From the NCBI GenBank assembly GCA_030264375.1, contig JASCQW010000105.1, positions 39,311,751 to 39,375,750 of the forward strand: DNA of 64,000 nucleotides, read 5' to 3'. How positions within the stretch are numbered: position 1 is the stretch's first letter; the number at the start of each line of letters is the position of its first letter. The notes beneath the pieces are model-generated. The model did no database searches. It was not told where the DNA came from and saw only the letters and a program-made list of their open reading frames with translations. The position numbers and the translations under genes were made by a program. Positions 13,038 to 26,968 of the stretch are shown here, piece by piece. The stretch comes from Carcharhinus longimanus. Its lineage: Eukaryota.

Positions 13038-13629
13038 CATTTTTCTCTCTCAGAATTATGGATATCCAGAATATGTTGACTCAAAAAGCTGGTGATGCTG
13101 GATCAATTGAAACTGTTAATATTGACACCAAACCTTTGTTAGCATGGAGTACCAGTGCTGGAGTAAGGGCAGGTAAATGAAGGGAAAAAGCAGCATTGCC
13201 TTTAAAAAGAAAGTGTGCTGCAACAGGTTGGACGGACCAAATTATTTTTTAGGGCTTTGTACCTCAAAAGCTACTGTGCAGGAGGGAAAAGATGCAGTGA
13301 TTGCGATGCATGAACTACATTAAAGTAGTTGCTAGGGAGCCCAAAGCTAGGCAATGAAAGAGACATTGGAAGAGAACGGTGTGGTCACAGTTACAAAGAA
13401 TGCAAGTTGTATAATGGTTGAGGGCTATTTTAAAAACTACTTCCTCTGGTAATGGAATCCAGAACAAGGGGAACACAAAAGAGCTTGGTCATTTAGGAGT
13501 GAGATCTACTTTTTTTTTTAAACACACAAGGGTAGAGAAATTCTGGAAGTTCCTCCTGCAATCAGCTACGAATATGGAATTAACTATAATGGATAGGTTT
13601 TTCTCAGGTAAGGGCATCAAGGGGTAAGA

Positions 13630-14255
13630 ATTTCAGGATGGAGTCCCAGGCCCAACCATCTTCGGCTGCTTCAATCACCTTCCCTCCATCATAATGTCAG
13701 AAGTGGGATGTTCACTGCTGACTGTGAAGTGTGCAGCGCCATTTGCAGCTCCTCAGATACTGAAGCAGTCCATGTCAAAATGCATCAAGATCTGGACAAT
13801 ATCCAGGATTGAGCCGTCAGGTGGCAAGTGGCAATCACACCACATAAGTGCCAGGCAATGACAATCCCCAAGGGAGGATCTAATCAATGTCCCGTGATGT
13901 TATCATTGCTGATGCATTACAGGAACTCACCAAGGTTCCTTCGGCAGCACCTTTCAAACTCATAACCACTCCCATCTAGAAAGACAAGAGCAGCAGATAC
14001 CTAGGAATATCACCATCTGGTGGTTCCCCTCCAAGTCACTCACCGCCCTGACTTGGAAACGTGTCGCCGTCCTTCACTGTCGATGGGTCAAAATCTTGGA
14101 ATTCCCTCTCTAATAGCATTGCGGGTGTACCTATACCCCAGGGACTTCAAATGATTCAAGAAGGCAGTTCACCACCACCTTCTGGAGCAGCTAGGGATGG
14201 GCAATAAATGCTGGTGTAGCCAGCAACACCTATATCCTGTAGAACAAATGCAAGT
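13630..14255 (+). mobile_element. CR1/L2-clade LINE 3' fragment
   Basis: RT-like sequence ending gatgggcaataaatgctgg..gccagc. Confidence 0.75.
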
Positions 14256-16584
14256 AAACAGAATGAGGCAGAGATTGGTTGTGAGCTGACTGAATAACAG
14301 AACAGACTTGCAATACCAACTGGCCTTTGCATGTCTGTACATTGATAGCAATGGAAGTGGTGATGCTCAGGATCTTAGAAAAGAGCTGAAGGTAGGTCAG
14401 CAGGTTATCTAACTAATTGATCCACACCAGCGTTTATGCTTTGCATGAGCCTCCTCCTTCTCCACCTTCATCGAATCCCATCAGTATTGCTTTATCGATC
14501 TAACTACCTTGTGTGCTTTTCCAGTTTCCCTTCAACCCATCTCTACTCGTCAGTTCAACTATTCATTATGGTAACAGGTTGCACTCTCCGGGTTAGAAGT
14601 CACTCCCGAATTCTCTCATTTATTTGCAATTATCTCGTATTTATGGCATCACTTTCGATCTCTCCCACAAAAGGAAAAAATTCTTATGCTTTCACTATAC
14701 AATTGTTTCAAACCTGTAGGTCTTTATTGGATCAACCCTCAAGCCTTGTCTTTTATAGAAAATAGAGCCACAGCCTTGTTGATATGTATATCCTCTTAGT
14801 TCTGGGATTATTCTGGTGAACAATTTCTGCACTTTCTCCATTTCCCCAAAAACCTACAACTTGGAGACCTGTCTTGTGCACAATGCTCCAGATGATCCAG
14901 TCAGGTTCAATCCATGCTGAGTATAACTTCTGCATGTTTCAATTCCAGCCCTCTACAAATGAATCCCAGATGTTTTCTGTTTGTCCTTTTTCATGGTCAG
15001 TGCTGCAAATTTTAATGATTTGCATACCCGCATCCCTTTGCCTCCATCCTGTTTAGACTATGACCCAAGAATTATGCTACCTTCTTAATTTTTCTTTCAC
15101 AGTGTTTGAAAATCATGCAATGGTTATCGCACAGTAGGCATTCGGCTCATCACGTCTGCATCAATAGAATGCAAGAGCTACTCAGCTAGTCCTATTTCAC
15201 CCAAAGCTATGCCAATTTTTTTCTATTCAGATAATTATCTGAAGTGACACATCAGGATATATCATGGTTTCTTCAGACTTGGCCCAAGTTGTGGATATAA
15301 ATTTTAAAAGCGCTTGCAGTTAACAAAAATTAGAATGGATGTAGAAGGGAATATGATCTTTTGGCCAGGCCATGCTAAACAAGGGAAGGTGACCTTTGGG
15401 TCAAGATAAAATAAGTTGATGAATGATCTATGAGTTATGTAATAAAACTGATTGCTTGGCCACAGGATCAAGCTAAAATCTCTAGATGACTTGGCACTAC
15501 TACAGTAAAACATCAGGATAGTAAGCAAAGTTCATGCTTTGGAATAACCTGCAGTCATGGTTCGTGCTATGGGTTAGATCATTCCATAATTGTTTCTTGT
15601 GTGATTACAGATGCAGCAAATAGATCATTCTGTATTTGTGTTATAAACTCATTTGTAATTCCAAATATACCAAACTAGACCTACAAGATGAGAACATTGA
15701 GTTTTAATGAGATGCCCCAAAGATGGTGCAAGTAATCGACAAAAGCAACGCAACTTTGAATTGCCTTTTAGTGGTATGAGAGATTGTTTGCTGTGTGTGC
15801 ATACTGGTACTGAATAAACTGCCATTTGTTTTTATCTACAACTGTCTGCATTGATTGCCTTTTAGATACTCTGCAACATATCCATCTTGCATATCACTAT
15901 TGAGATTGATTTACCAAATGATTGGCAAGTTTACATTTTCTATTCCATTTCACTATACTCAAATTTGGTATAATCCATAACTTTCCAAACGATGCCTCCA
16001 ATTTCACAGTCAAAATATTTTGTACAAATTGTTAATAGCCTCGGCACTGATACTTATGAAACACAACATACTGGTTAGTCTGAGCTGCAACCATTAACCT
16101 ACTTTCTGTTGTGTCACCAACTTGATATCCATTTTTCTACATTCCCTCTCACAGCAATCTCTGAATATAAATAAAAATCTAATCTGCAGTATCTTATCCA
16201 AGATCTTTTGAAAATCCAATAAATATACTGTAACATTTGCTCACACTGTTACTACTTGAAAATATGCATTGAAATTGATGATGCATAATTTTTCCCTTTT
16301 GAAATTTACGCTGACAGTTCCCACTGAGGCAAGACTCCCACTCTCTCTGATATCTATGATATTAAGGAAATTCATCTATCTAAAGTCCTCTGAATCTGTT
16401 CTATTTCTCTTTTCAAATACAATGACAACTATTTGTCAGTCTTCTGCACTATTATTCTTTTTTTGTAAATGCTTGTAATATCTGACCAACCATGCTCCAG
16501 AGAGAGATTGATCGATCAGGAATTTAGTCGAAGGTTGTATTATCGCCTTGGCATCACCAAGTTCATAACTTTTTTTAAAATTTT

Positions 16585-17430
16585 TTTTATTATTCAGTCA
16601 AAGGACGTGGGCCTTGCTGTCAAGGCCAGCATTCATTGTCGACCCTTAACTGCCTTAGAGAAGTTGGTGGTGAACTGCCTTCTTGAACTGCACCAACAGT
16701 GCTGTTAGATAGGTAGTTCTGGAATTTTGACCCAGTGACTGTATTTATACTGTCAGCATAAATTTCCATATTTCCAAATCAGGATGGTGTGGGGCTTGGA
16801 GGGAAATTCCAGGTGGTGTTCCCATATACCTGCTGCTCTTGTTCTTCTAGATGGTAGTGGTCATGGTTTTGGAAGATGCTAAGGAACCTTGGAGAGTTCT
16901 TGCAGTGCATCTTGTAGATGCTTCAAGCGGCTGCTATTTGCACTGGTGGTGGAGGGNNNNNNNNNNNNNNNNNNNNNNNNNNNNNNNNNNNNNNNNNNNN
17001 NNNNNNNNNNNNNNNNNNNNNNNNNNNNNNNNNNNNNNNNNNNNNNNNNNNNNNNNCTTCAAGCGGCTGCTATTTGCACTGGTGGTGGAGGGAGTAAATG
17101 TTTGTGGAAGGAATGCCAATCAAGCAGGCTGCTTTGAGCAAGAAGATATCAAGCTTAAGTGTTATTGCAGGTGCATTCATCCAGGCAAAGGGAAGACTAT
17201 TCCATCACACTTCTTACTTATGCCTTGTAGATTGTCAACAGGCTTTGGAGAACCAGTGAGTTGAATTACTCAACACAGGTTCTTAGCCTCTGATTGCTCA
17301 AGGGCACAATATTTTCTGGCCATTTCAGCTGGTCAATGATAATCCATAGGATGTTGATGGGGGGGACTCAATGATGGTAAAGCCATTCAATGTCAACAGG
17401 CAACAATTAGATTCTCTCTTGTTTAAGATT
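16585..17430 (-). mobile_element. CR1/L2-clade LINE 3' fragment (spans a gap)
   Basis: Similar to 2215-2640 and 42170-42880. Confidence 0.75.
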
Positions 17431-17632
17431 TAAAGTTCATTTATTTTTAAGTTTATTTATTACTTTATAAGACGGTTATTGCCTCACATCAGGGTGGTAT
17501 GAATGTAAGTATGTTAGTTTAAATAAAGCAACGTAACATGGGTTTCATTTTCTTTCTTTCCTCAAACAATGAAAACTCACACTTTCCAATGAATGTTATA
17601 TAAAGCTAATACACTGGTGCTAATGATAAAGA

Positions 17633-17846
17633 TGATGTGGAGATATTGGCGTTGGAGTGGGGTAAACACAGTAAGAAGTTTAACAACACCAAGTTAAAAT
17701 CCAACAGGTTTATTTAGTAGCAAACACCACTAGCTTTCAGGACACTGCCCCTTCGTCAGGTGAAGGGGCAGAGCCCCGAAAGCTAGTGGCGTTTGCTACT
17801 GAATAAACCGGTTGGACTTTAACTTGGTGTTGTGAAACTTCTTGCT
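17633..17846. mobile_element. Penelope-type fold-back insertion
   Basis: Family signature; ~85-nt inverted arms meeting at ~17760. Confidence 0.82.
17728..17762 (-). ncRNA. Minimal type-I hammerhead ribozyme motif, core intact, sense to USP9X pre-mRNA
   Basis: Minus strand CAC-CUGACGA-A-GGGGC(AGU)GUCCU-GAAA-GCUA-GUG. Confidence 0.7.
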
Positions 17847-19725
17847 GGTGACAAAAACAGATCACTTTAATATCTGAAAATCCATTCAAGTTGCAGTCAT
17901 TGACCTTGATGATTCAGGGTGAAGTTCCAAGCATCAAGGGCCAGGTCTGTTCTGAATAAGGGGTTCTCAAAATTCTCTCTTTCCCCTGCCAGTTTATTCC
18001 AATGATTCACATTATGGAAGTGCGTTAAAAAAAGTTGAGGCTTTTCTAGATCTATACACCCTCAATTAATACAAAATTCATAATGGCCGACTATGAGCAA
18101 GAATCATAAAAAAGTCTTGTAAGTTGAAGAGTGGCCATGTTTTGAATGAGATCACTACCCCCAAATCTCACTCAAGCACTATGAAGAGGTCCTTCTAAAA
18201 TAACACTGGCTTATTAATTCAGTGAAAATCTTAAAATAGCATTAGAGCTGCCAAATGTTCCACCAGTATTAGTAGCAATAACAATCTACATTTTATTAAA
18301 TCGGTTGATTTAGTTCTGAATCATGATGGGAGCACAAGAAACAAATTTTAAATTAACAAATTTATCATTTGAGAGTTTTGAAAAATATGGTCTAAACATC
18401 TCTTTTTCCTTTACTGCATGAAATACTTTCTCAATAAATAACAAATGGCTTACATATACGTAGCTCCTTTCATGAAGGCTTTACAACCAAGTAAAGACTA
18501 CTGAAGTGTACAGTGTTATGTAGGAAATGCAATAGCTGATTTACACACTATCCTCCCACAAACAACAATGAATAACCCAATCATCATCATTAGGTTATGG
18601 GATCCTTCATAAACAGCATGAGGATATACTTAGTTTAAAATCTTATCTAAAAGATGGCTCTTCCACTAGTAGTCTTTTCTCAGCATGATGCAGTGTCTCC
18701 CTCTTTTTTTAAATGTCTCTTTGGGGCTTGAACCCACAACATTCTAAACTCAGTAGGGAGAACTACCACTAAGCAAAGCTGACAACAATTGGAGCCCTTT
18801 TGAAGAGACAAAATCTCACTTTAAATCAGAGATATTAAGCAGAGACAAAAGTCATAACATTTAAAAACAAGGATTTGAATTCAGTCAAAGTGTAGATCAA
18901 AGAGTCGCACCAATTAAGTAGTTCAGGATGCATTACCAGAAAAGGTACAAACATTTAAAAACTACATTAACAAAAGTTTTTGAAAACTTGCTCAAGAACG
19001 CAGAGGAAATTAAATGAACAAAAATCTCAATAGGCTGGGAGATTGAAATGAGACACTGCTGTTGAAGGGGTAAAAAAAACAAAGATCACGAGTGGGCCTC
19101 TTACAGAATATGCAGATACAGACAATATGGCTTTCAGCATGGCATACTTAAATACAAGGATCTGCTGACTTGAATGCAGATCAGTAACTTGCAATTTTAA
19201 CTTGTTTGATTAAATTTACATTTCAAAAGCCAAGTATCTAAATGTCTCTAACTTACTTGTCTACCCTTGACCATCTTTCGTTGCTACTGCATCCCCACCA
19301 AAGCCAGATATTTAACTTTGTTCAATGTACTTCCTCTAAAGTCTTTCTATTTACTGTATAAATTAATTCAACAGCAAGAACCTAGAAAATATTTCAAGTC
19401 TTGCATTTGATAGTCATACCCTATTATGCCTTTTCCTTATAAACTAGAACAGCATATCCGCCAATTTATCTTGAGCAACATCACACATCTACAGTCAATT
19501 TAAAAGCATCACTTCTTGATGTCTAGAAGCAGAACTAGCTCGTCTTAATTTGCATTACACAACATATTTTTGAAATAATTTTTGACACACCTTTACCTTT
19601 AAAAATGAAATGATCAAAATAATCTCTTTAAACGATGAAACCCAAGATTGATACTCCTAATATAATTCTTTTGGGAGATGACTGCCTGCTTCACTTCTTA
19701 CCGGAAGTTATATCATTCACCTTAC

Positions 19726-19862
19726 CTTAAATTCTGTGGTGCTTCTCCAAAAAGACTACAGATTTCCCTAATTTGTTTCAAAGCAGGAATGACCCATTTG
19801 TCATTAGTACGTAATTCCTCCACAAAACGATCTATCCACTGGATCTTCTGTGTATCTCGGTC
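19726..19862 (-). CDS. USP9X: USP9X exon 13 ([33 protein letters not shown]...APQNL)
   Basis: 137 nt; aaatag| and |gtaagg. Confidence 0.97.
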
Positions 19863-20959
19863 CTATTTGAACAGTAATTGGAATGAATAATTCAATAAAC
19901 ATTACAGAAAGTTAAGCTAAACGCCACTAACGCTCAGTGATTATTCTGTTTGCAACATTGAGAATACTACAGTACTGGAAATAGAAGAGGTCCATGAGAA
20001 ATCAAGGACAGAATCTGTTTGGTTACAATGAAGAAACAATAATATTATATTACTGGATGCATCCAAAAGCTGTGTAGGAAAGATAGAGAAACAAATGTGT
20101 GTAAATTACAGAGGGTCAAAACCTAAAAAGCAGTGATAACAACAAGATAATTTTCCCTAACACAGACTGGACGTAATAATTGTTTAAAGGACAGAGAAGT
20201 GGAGAGAGTTTGATACCTACGAAAAATTTTCTGATTAGTATGTTTTTTGCCTGATAAAGGAGGTGACATTTTTGGATCTGAGGATTGAGGTGAGTTAAGT
20301 GAATTAACTGTCAATAGGGGAACATTTAGTGGATCGTTATTATGGTACCATATAGCTTATGTTAGATATCGAAAATGACAAGGAGTAAAATAATTAACCG
20401 GGGATGCCCCAATTTCAGTGGGGCAAGATTGGTCCTTTCCTGGCTAAAGATTGGTAGGCAAAATAGTAATGGAGCAATGGACTGCCTTTTAATAGGAGTT
20501 GGTTTGGGTACTCTGGCTAAGTGGCCACAGCCCAAGCAACTGTGCCCAACATAAAATTGGGCACTGAATAATCTACAGCTGAATAGCTTCTGCAAGCAAA
20601 AGCCTAATCATACTTGGACAAACCAAGGTTACCACGAGTCAAAATCTAACTGGGACCAGCAGCCCGACTGTGCTACCTCCTTCCCCCACCCCCTCCCCCC
20701 AGGAGGATTTAACTCCATTGGGCATTACAATCGCTACCCACTTGTGCGGAGCTGGCAGCCTGACCCTGGAGTGAAGGAGGGCTATTGAGGCCCCTCACCA
20801 GGAGGTGGGACTAAGAGGGTGTCCCTGGGCATTGCCAGCCTGGACCCCAAGCACTGCTCAAGGGACAAAGTGGCAATGCACAGAGGCATTGCCCATGTGG
20901 CATTGGGCAATGAGGGGGCGGGAGGAGATCATTGCCACTTTGCACTGGGATCAATATTT

Positions 20960-21236
20960 AAAGTTTTAAAGATTTTTTAAATTTATTAGTCACAAGTAGG
21001 CTTACATTAACATTGCAATGAAGTTACTGCAAAAATGCCCTAGTCACCACAGTCCAGCGCTTGTTTGGATATACAGGAGGGAGAATTTAGCATAGCCAAT
21101 GTACCTAACCAGCATGTCGTTCAGACTATGGGACAAAACCACGGCACCTGGAAAAAATGCAAACTCCACATAGAAAGTGACCCTTGTCCCTTGGCACTGT
21201 GAGGTAGCAGTGCTAACCACTGTCAGCATGCCACCC
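20960..21236 (-). mobile_element. HE1-related SINE variant with a different 3' tail
   Basis: tttattagtcacaagtaggcttacattaac tail plus gtgaggtagcagtgctaaccactgt head; also at 32865, 33820 and 43505. Confidence 0.75.
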
Positions 21237-22099
21237 CTTGTGCCATCATGACAGAGGGAGGGAGGCCAGCTATCAGGGCTGGCCATCAGGGAGGGGATCC
21301 TGGTCAGAGGGGCAACAATGGGGAGGCCAGCAATGCAGGGCTGCTGCACATGCACTGATCTCGGCGCTGTTCTTTGATGGGAATAGAGAGTTTCGGTCCC
21401 TGGAAGGTAGGAGGTTTTAATTCAGTTGAGCACATGGCCAATGCAGGCTTGGAGGGTTGAAGGGCCCGTTCCTATGCTGTAATTTTCTTTGTTCTTCTGT
21501 TGTGTGTCCTTTGACACATTGGCGCATTCACCGCCATGCTGCCAGTTTCTCCATCAGTAAAGGCCTTGCCCCCGATTTTTCACATGAATCATGCTAGTGC
21601 ACTGTTCCATGCACAGAGTGTGGGAGATCCATTTTGAAAGTCCCACTGAAAAAGCCAGCAGGATTTACTCCAATTTTGGTGTGAACTTGACACTTAGAAT
21701 TCTTTTGGGAGAATCGCCCATATTTTCTTTGTGTACTCCATCTTCACACTAAGATAATCCTGAGTTCGTCTGTCGTAGTGAGGTCACTGAGTTGAATCCA
21801 ACAGTTAGGTCAAGTTCATCAGAACAGTTATGATGTATGTTTTTCAGGCAGTCAGCTTTGATTGAGGAGTGCTTAACAATTTTTTTTTAATGAGTTGCTT
21901 CTTTAAATTGCAAGCGTTTTCATAAAACTAAGTTTGAAACACAGTCCTTTGTTTGTTTCATAAAGTAACAGCACAAGTGTAATATGTTTTTGAGTAATAA
22001 ATTGGTCGAAGTGTCTGTATAGAATATTTCACAAGCAACAACACTGTCCATTACATATTTCCATGAGGAAGGACCATGGCAAACAAAATCAGAGTTCTC

Positions 22100-22990
22100 T
22101 GGGTGATGAGAAAAGATGAAGCACAAAAAGGTTTTGTAGGACAGATGTCAAGTTGATAATTCAAGAGGCAACCAGGCCGATACGGAAAGCTCAGACCGAA
22201 ATTAAGAAATAAGAAAAGTGAAGAGTATGAAAAGAAATTGGCAGCTAACATAAAAGGGAATCCAGAAGTTTATTTGAATAACAAAATAGTAAAAGAAAAG
22301 TAAAGGGGTGGGGACCAATTGAGGACCATAACAGGGATTTATATAGAGTTAAAGATCATAGCTAAGGTAGTAAAATGATCACTTTGCATTCGTCGTTCCG
22401 AAGGAGGATGCTGTCAAAGTCGTAATGAAAGACTTAGTCCAGACTGTGGATGAGCTATAAATGAAGATAACATATTAGAAAACCTAGCTGCATATGAAGT
22501 TACCAGGATCAGATCAGGTGCCTCAGAGGACATTAAAGGAAGTGAAAGGTGATAAATCGCAGAGACACCAGTCTTAATTGTCCAATCTTCCTTTGACACA
22601 CAGGTTGAGAGAGAACGGGAGAATTACAAATGTTACATTTTGGTCCCAAAAAAAGGCTGCACAGTTAAGCCCAGCAATTAGAGGTCAAGCACAGATTTTC
22701 AAAATCTATATTAGTGACCTAGACTTGGGTGTACAAGGCACAATTTCAAATGTTGAAGTTTGTAAGTATTTGTAAGTATTACAAACTGTAAAGAAACGAA
22801 GGCAATGACATTTCAAGGGGACATAGGTTAGTGGACAAGCGGCAGATGAAATTTATTGCAGAGAAGTGTTGGAGATACGTTTTGGTAGGAGGGACAAGGA
22901 AAGGCACAAAAAAGACAAGAGAATACGGAAGACCCAATTCTCCTGAGATGCAAAGGTACCGAAGTGTATATTTGCACAAATTATCTTGAA
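22100..22990 (+). mobile_element. Old, heavily deleted CR1 LINE remnant
   Basis: tactttgcat-type, tatattagtgacctagac and cagatgaaatttattgcagagaagtgt motifs. Confidence 0.6.
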
Positions 22991-23151
22991 AAAGTGGTAA
23001 ATAAATATTCTTAATAGGAAAAAAACCTCTCTGAAAAGGAAAAACATGTTGAGATTTAAATTTTTTTTTACACATGCACCATATGCAATCCCTTATCAAA
23101 AGAACGTAAACCACTTAATCTGTATACGCTTTGATAAAATGCAGCTCTTAC

Positions 23152-23358
23152 CTGAGAGCAGCTATAATCCAGGATTTTGATGTGTGCGCTTAAAGCCTGG
23201 TCCATGATGTCAACTGGTACGTCATCACTATGTGCTAAATTCCACAGGAGGTTTAACACCTTATGTGCCATCACACCATCTTTGTCATCCTCAGCAAGGC
23301 GACGGATTAACTCTAGTAGCTTTTCACGTTGCTTTTTACTTGCATTAGTCCAACTTGC
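23152..23358 (-). CDS. USP9X: USP9X exon 12 ([25 protein letters not shown]...ILDYSCSQ)
   Basis: 207 nt; ttcaag| and |gtaaga. Confidence 0.97.
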
Positions 23359-23439
23359 CTTGAAGTTAAAATTGTGAGAAGTAAATGAATATATATTTCA
23401 TTCTGTCCATCAATTTATTTAAGTTTAACGAAGATCTAC

Positions 23440-23544
23440 CTTAAAGCAATCAAAAAGGTGGTCAAGCTGTTCAGGAGAAAAATCCCAAGCCAATTTTGCA
23501 AGAAGATCGTGGACATTCTTCACAATTGCCTCATGTTTACCAGC
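23440..23544 (-). CDS. USP9X: USP9X exon 11 ([35 protein letters not shown])
   Basis: 105 nt; ttgtag| and |gtagat. Confidence 0.97.
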
Positions 23545-23804
23545 CTACAAATAAAAAACACAGCAACAGACAACACATATTAAGGTGCAGAATTCTGGTG
23601 GAACAACCTTTTAAAAATAGCCCAATTCATGACAAAATGCATTTTCCCCTCTAGAAAACTTGGCCAGGGCTTGGAGGATTGTACGATATACAGAAATTTA
23701 AAAAATTACTAAACATGGTCGTTACATATTTGAACATCACAAACCTGAACTTCAGCTGGAACAGCTAAATTTTACACTAAACTCAGTTAAATCTAGCATC
23801 TGCC

Positions 23805-24120
23805 TTCACTCAGTGGTGATTTAACTTAGACGAGAGTTCAAGCCCCATTCTGGAGTCGAGCTCAGCGTGAACTAACTAGTGCGGAACTGAAAAAAAATGG
23901 TCAGAGGTGTTGTTTTTCAGATGAGTCATTCCTGTCGCCTGGACATGAAAGATTGCACAGTCCTATTCAAACACAGCATGCAGTTCAGTAATATACTAGC
24001 CAACATTTATCATTCAACCACAAACTAATTATTTGCTCATTTACCTCTGCTGTTTTCAATTGGCTGCTGCGTTTCACACATTTGAAGAGGCAAAATTTCA
24101 ACAAGTACCTCTGACTGGAG
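23805..24120 (+). mobile_element. Old Deu-domain-like SINE remnant
   Basis: ctcagtggt..gagttcaagcccca..aggtgttgtttttcagatgag; related pieces at ~49280-49470 and ~18440-18785. Confidence 0.45.
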
Positions 24121-25744
24121 CTTTTTCAGGCATCATGACATTACCAAAGGCGAATCCTTTTACTAATGTTTCAGTACAGCATCAATGGGCTGTTCCAATG
24201 TTGGAGGCCCTGTCTTTTTGGTAAAGATTCTTAACCAAAGCTTGAATCAGCAAAATTTTAATCGGCTATTTAAGAAATCATGTCCAACATACCAACACAG
24301 CAACAATTCCACTTCAAAGTTATCCCATGTCTGTCAAAATGTGCCAACATGCAAAGCATTTTAAGTATGCTAATTTTCTTACCTACTGCCCTACATATCA
24401 ACCAAGGTTCAAAAGACACAGGGTGGGGGTGGGGGTGGGGTTCACTTGAAAGTCTACAAATAATCAATGATGGGGTGCCAAATGGAAGAAATGTCATTCT
24501 TGTTTGAGGAAGAGGCAGGAGCTGCTGCTCCAATGACAGATTTCGTGTCTCATGCTATTCTCACTGTACAGATTTTTGCCTCTCCCATGCTCACTGCTCG
24601 AGTTCCTCCAACCACAGGCTCCCGCTCTTCCACATCCTTTTCTTATGTTTTTGCTTTGTGACAGCACAGACCCATTCTCTGCTATTAACACATTCTGCTT
24701 TTTTTTTTAAAATCAGGCAGGGCGGACTTTTATTCTGATATAACAATTACTCTGGATCAAAGCTTTAGAATTTAACGTAACCATTTTGTCTTTGTATTCG
24801 GTGACATCTTTGGTCATGTAACTTCTCCTAACCTTTTCCTGCATCTCTCCCTTGCCCTTTTTCAACAACACATCACATTCCTACTTCACTCCAGTTCCAA
24901 ACAAGAATTATATGGAATTTGAAACCTTAATTCTCTTTGTCTCCACAAATGCTGCCAGACCTGCTGAGTTTTTTCAACATTTCCTGTTTTTAATCCAAAG
25001 CTTTATCTACAGGTTTGTAAAGTCAAAGTTTATGCATTGATACATGATAACAGGATTTCAAAGTTACTACCACTGAAACAGTACACCTTATCCACTCCTA
25101 GAGATTTTTGCAACATTAGCTTTACAAGTATTCAAGAACCTTCTGGGAAGAAACCTAACCACGCATAGTAAATCAATCCTTCCAGGATCTTTTGCAAAAC
25201 AAGACTTCCTTGGAATACTGTTGATGAGCCAACTTCCAAATATTGGATCTATAGGGCCTTCAAATTTCCATTGCCAGACGTGTCATTGAAACCACTGATT
25301 CCAAAGAAACACCATATACTATCTCGAATCTGAAAGAAAAATCAAATTACAACAGCAACTGCATTTATATTTGCATTTAATATAGACGAATGTCCGAACG
25401 TGCTTCATGAGTGCAATGAGACACCAAGCCAATAGATGTCAGGATAGGATCCCTACCTATTTAAGGCAATGGAAATGTTTGAGCCACTTGTCAAGTTTCA
25501 CAACAGTAACATTGTTAATATGTATAAATACCAAAATAAATACAAGCATTTGAGGAAGATTTTTGGCAATGGAATTCTCTTTTCAAAGCTAAGTTTGTTC
25601 AATTATTCTTTACACTAAAATCCAAGTTTCACCATCTGAAAGTGCAAATCATTTTAAATTTCTTCAATGAATCTACTGCATTTTTGCACAAATGTAAACA
25701 GCATAGCACAAGATAAACTGATAGAACGTTACTTATTTCCTCAC

Positions 25745-25897
25745 CTGTGCTGCCCAAATGTTGTCAAGATCTTGGAGGGTGAGTGCTTTTTCTTTGATAA
25801 CAAAGCGAAGTATCTTCTCTAGTTTTTCAACATATTGTGGTTGATGTAGACTGTCACGCAACACAATTGACAGGATGTTATTTTGTTGAATCCACTC
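25745..25897 (-). CDS. USP9X: USP9X exon 10 ([28 protein letters not shown]...IWAAQ)
   Basis: 153 nt; ttgtag| and |gtgagg. Confidence 0.97.
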
Positions 25898-26496
25898 CTA
25901 CAAATAGTAAAGGAACATAAAAATCAAGTAACATTCTTTCAAACATGAATAACAAGGACACTATTTCTAAAACTGAGATTTTTCAATGAAAATTTGCTTT
26001 TCTAAACTGAAAATATAGCCACACCAATGAACATTTTCAAGATTTCAACAAATCTGAACACTGAAAAAGATCGCTCATCACCCAGAGAAAATTGCAGCAC
26101 AGAATACATATGCAACACTTGTTAAAAGGTGCATGTTGAAGTGCTCTTGAACACTGAAATGGACAAAGTACTAGCTGAATGTGGAAAAGCAAAGATATGA
26201 TTTATTGCAGGGTTTAATTTGTTAAAGTGATTTAAAAAAGCTGTATTCTACAGTTTATTACATTTCTCTCCAATTTACCAATCCATATGCCCACTACTAT
26301 CTTAAGTCAACATTGCTCTGCTGTCTGGACATTTGAGACTAAATTTTATAAGAAATTTCTATCATTTCCAGAGATTAACACTTAAACATAGCACACAATA
26401 TGCTTACAGTTAATTGATCTGATAAGACATTCAAGATCCTACTGTAAAATTCATACATAAAATTATATCGTTCCTTGTAGGAAATTTACAACTTAC

Positions 26497-26635
26497 TGCC
26501 ATTCTCTCTGCTGTCAACCATTCTTCTTCTTCAGGACTGCCGTGGCGATGCGTATAATAAGAGACACTGGAAATCACCTTGTTAACTTCATTTAGTGCAT
26601 TCATTTTTCCATTAAAAGATGAAATTTGTAACAAC
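26497..26635 (-). CDS. USP9X: USP9X exon 9 ([19 protein letters not shown]...WLTAERMA)
   Basis: 139 nt; ttatag| and |gtaagt. Confidence 0.98.
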
Positions 26636-26716
26636 CTATAAATAATAAACTTAAATAATGATAAAGAACCACAACCAACTTCAGTAAAAATCCAAAAAAT
26701 GGTAGTGTATAATTAC

Positions 26717-26968
26717 CTTAGTATCATTTTTAACCTAAATATTTCTAAATTTTTGACCGTTTCCTCCTGCCCAGGGACTCGAGAAGCTAAGTTTTTTAGT
26801 GATTTAATTATCATAGATAACGCATCATTTTTGGCTTCGTTCTTTGCTTCTTTTTTTAGTTCCTCATCTGTTAGATTTTCTAGAAACTGCGGAACCATTT
26901 CTATTATTGGAAGGAAGTATTTCTTCACTGTGTGTAAGGTAAGAAATTCATAACACTGTCCAAAAGGT
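26717..26968 (-). CDS. USP9X: USP9X exon 8 ([18 protein letters not shown]...IFRLKMILR)
   Basis: 252 nt; ORF 26713..27000; ctacag| and |gtaatt. Confidence 0.98.

Noticed and set aside
16922-17091. Direct repeats on both sides of N-gaps (also 43266-43280/43381-43395 and 50698-50735/50758 onward)
   Set aside because: Identical sequence on each side of a gap is a typical contig-overlap artefact.
19591-19725. Possible 6-nt microexon GTAAAG (19591-19596) and an alternative donor 24 nt downstream of exon 13
   Set aside because: Both create an immediate TAA, and such short motifs arise by chance; there is no further support.
11615-19725. In-frame alternative microexon between exons 13 and 14, which I recall from other vertebrate USP9 isoforms
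   Set aside because: I found no convincing match by eye; it may be absent, diverged or in the gap.
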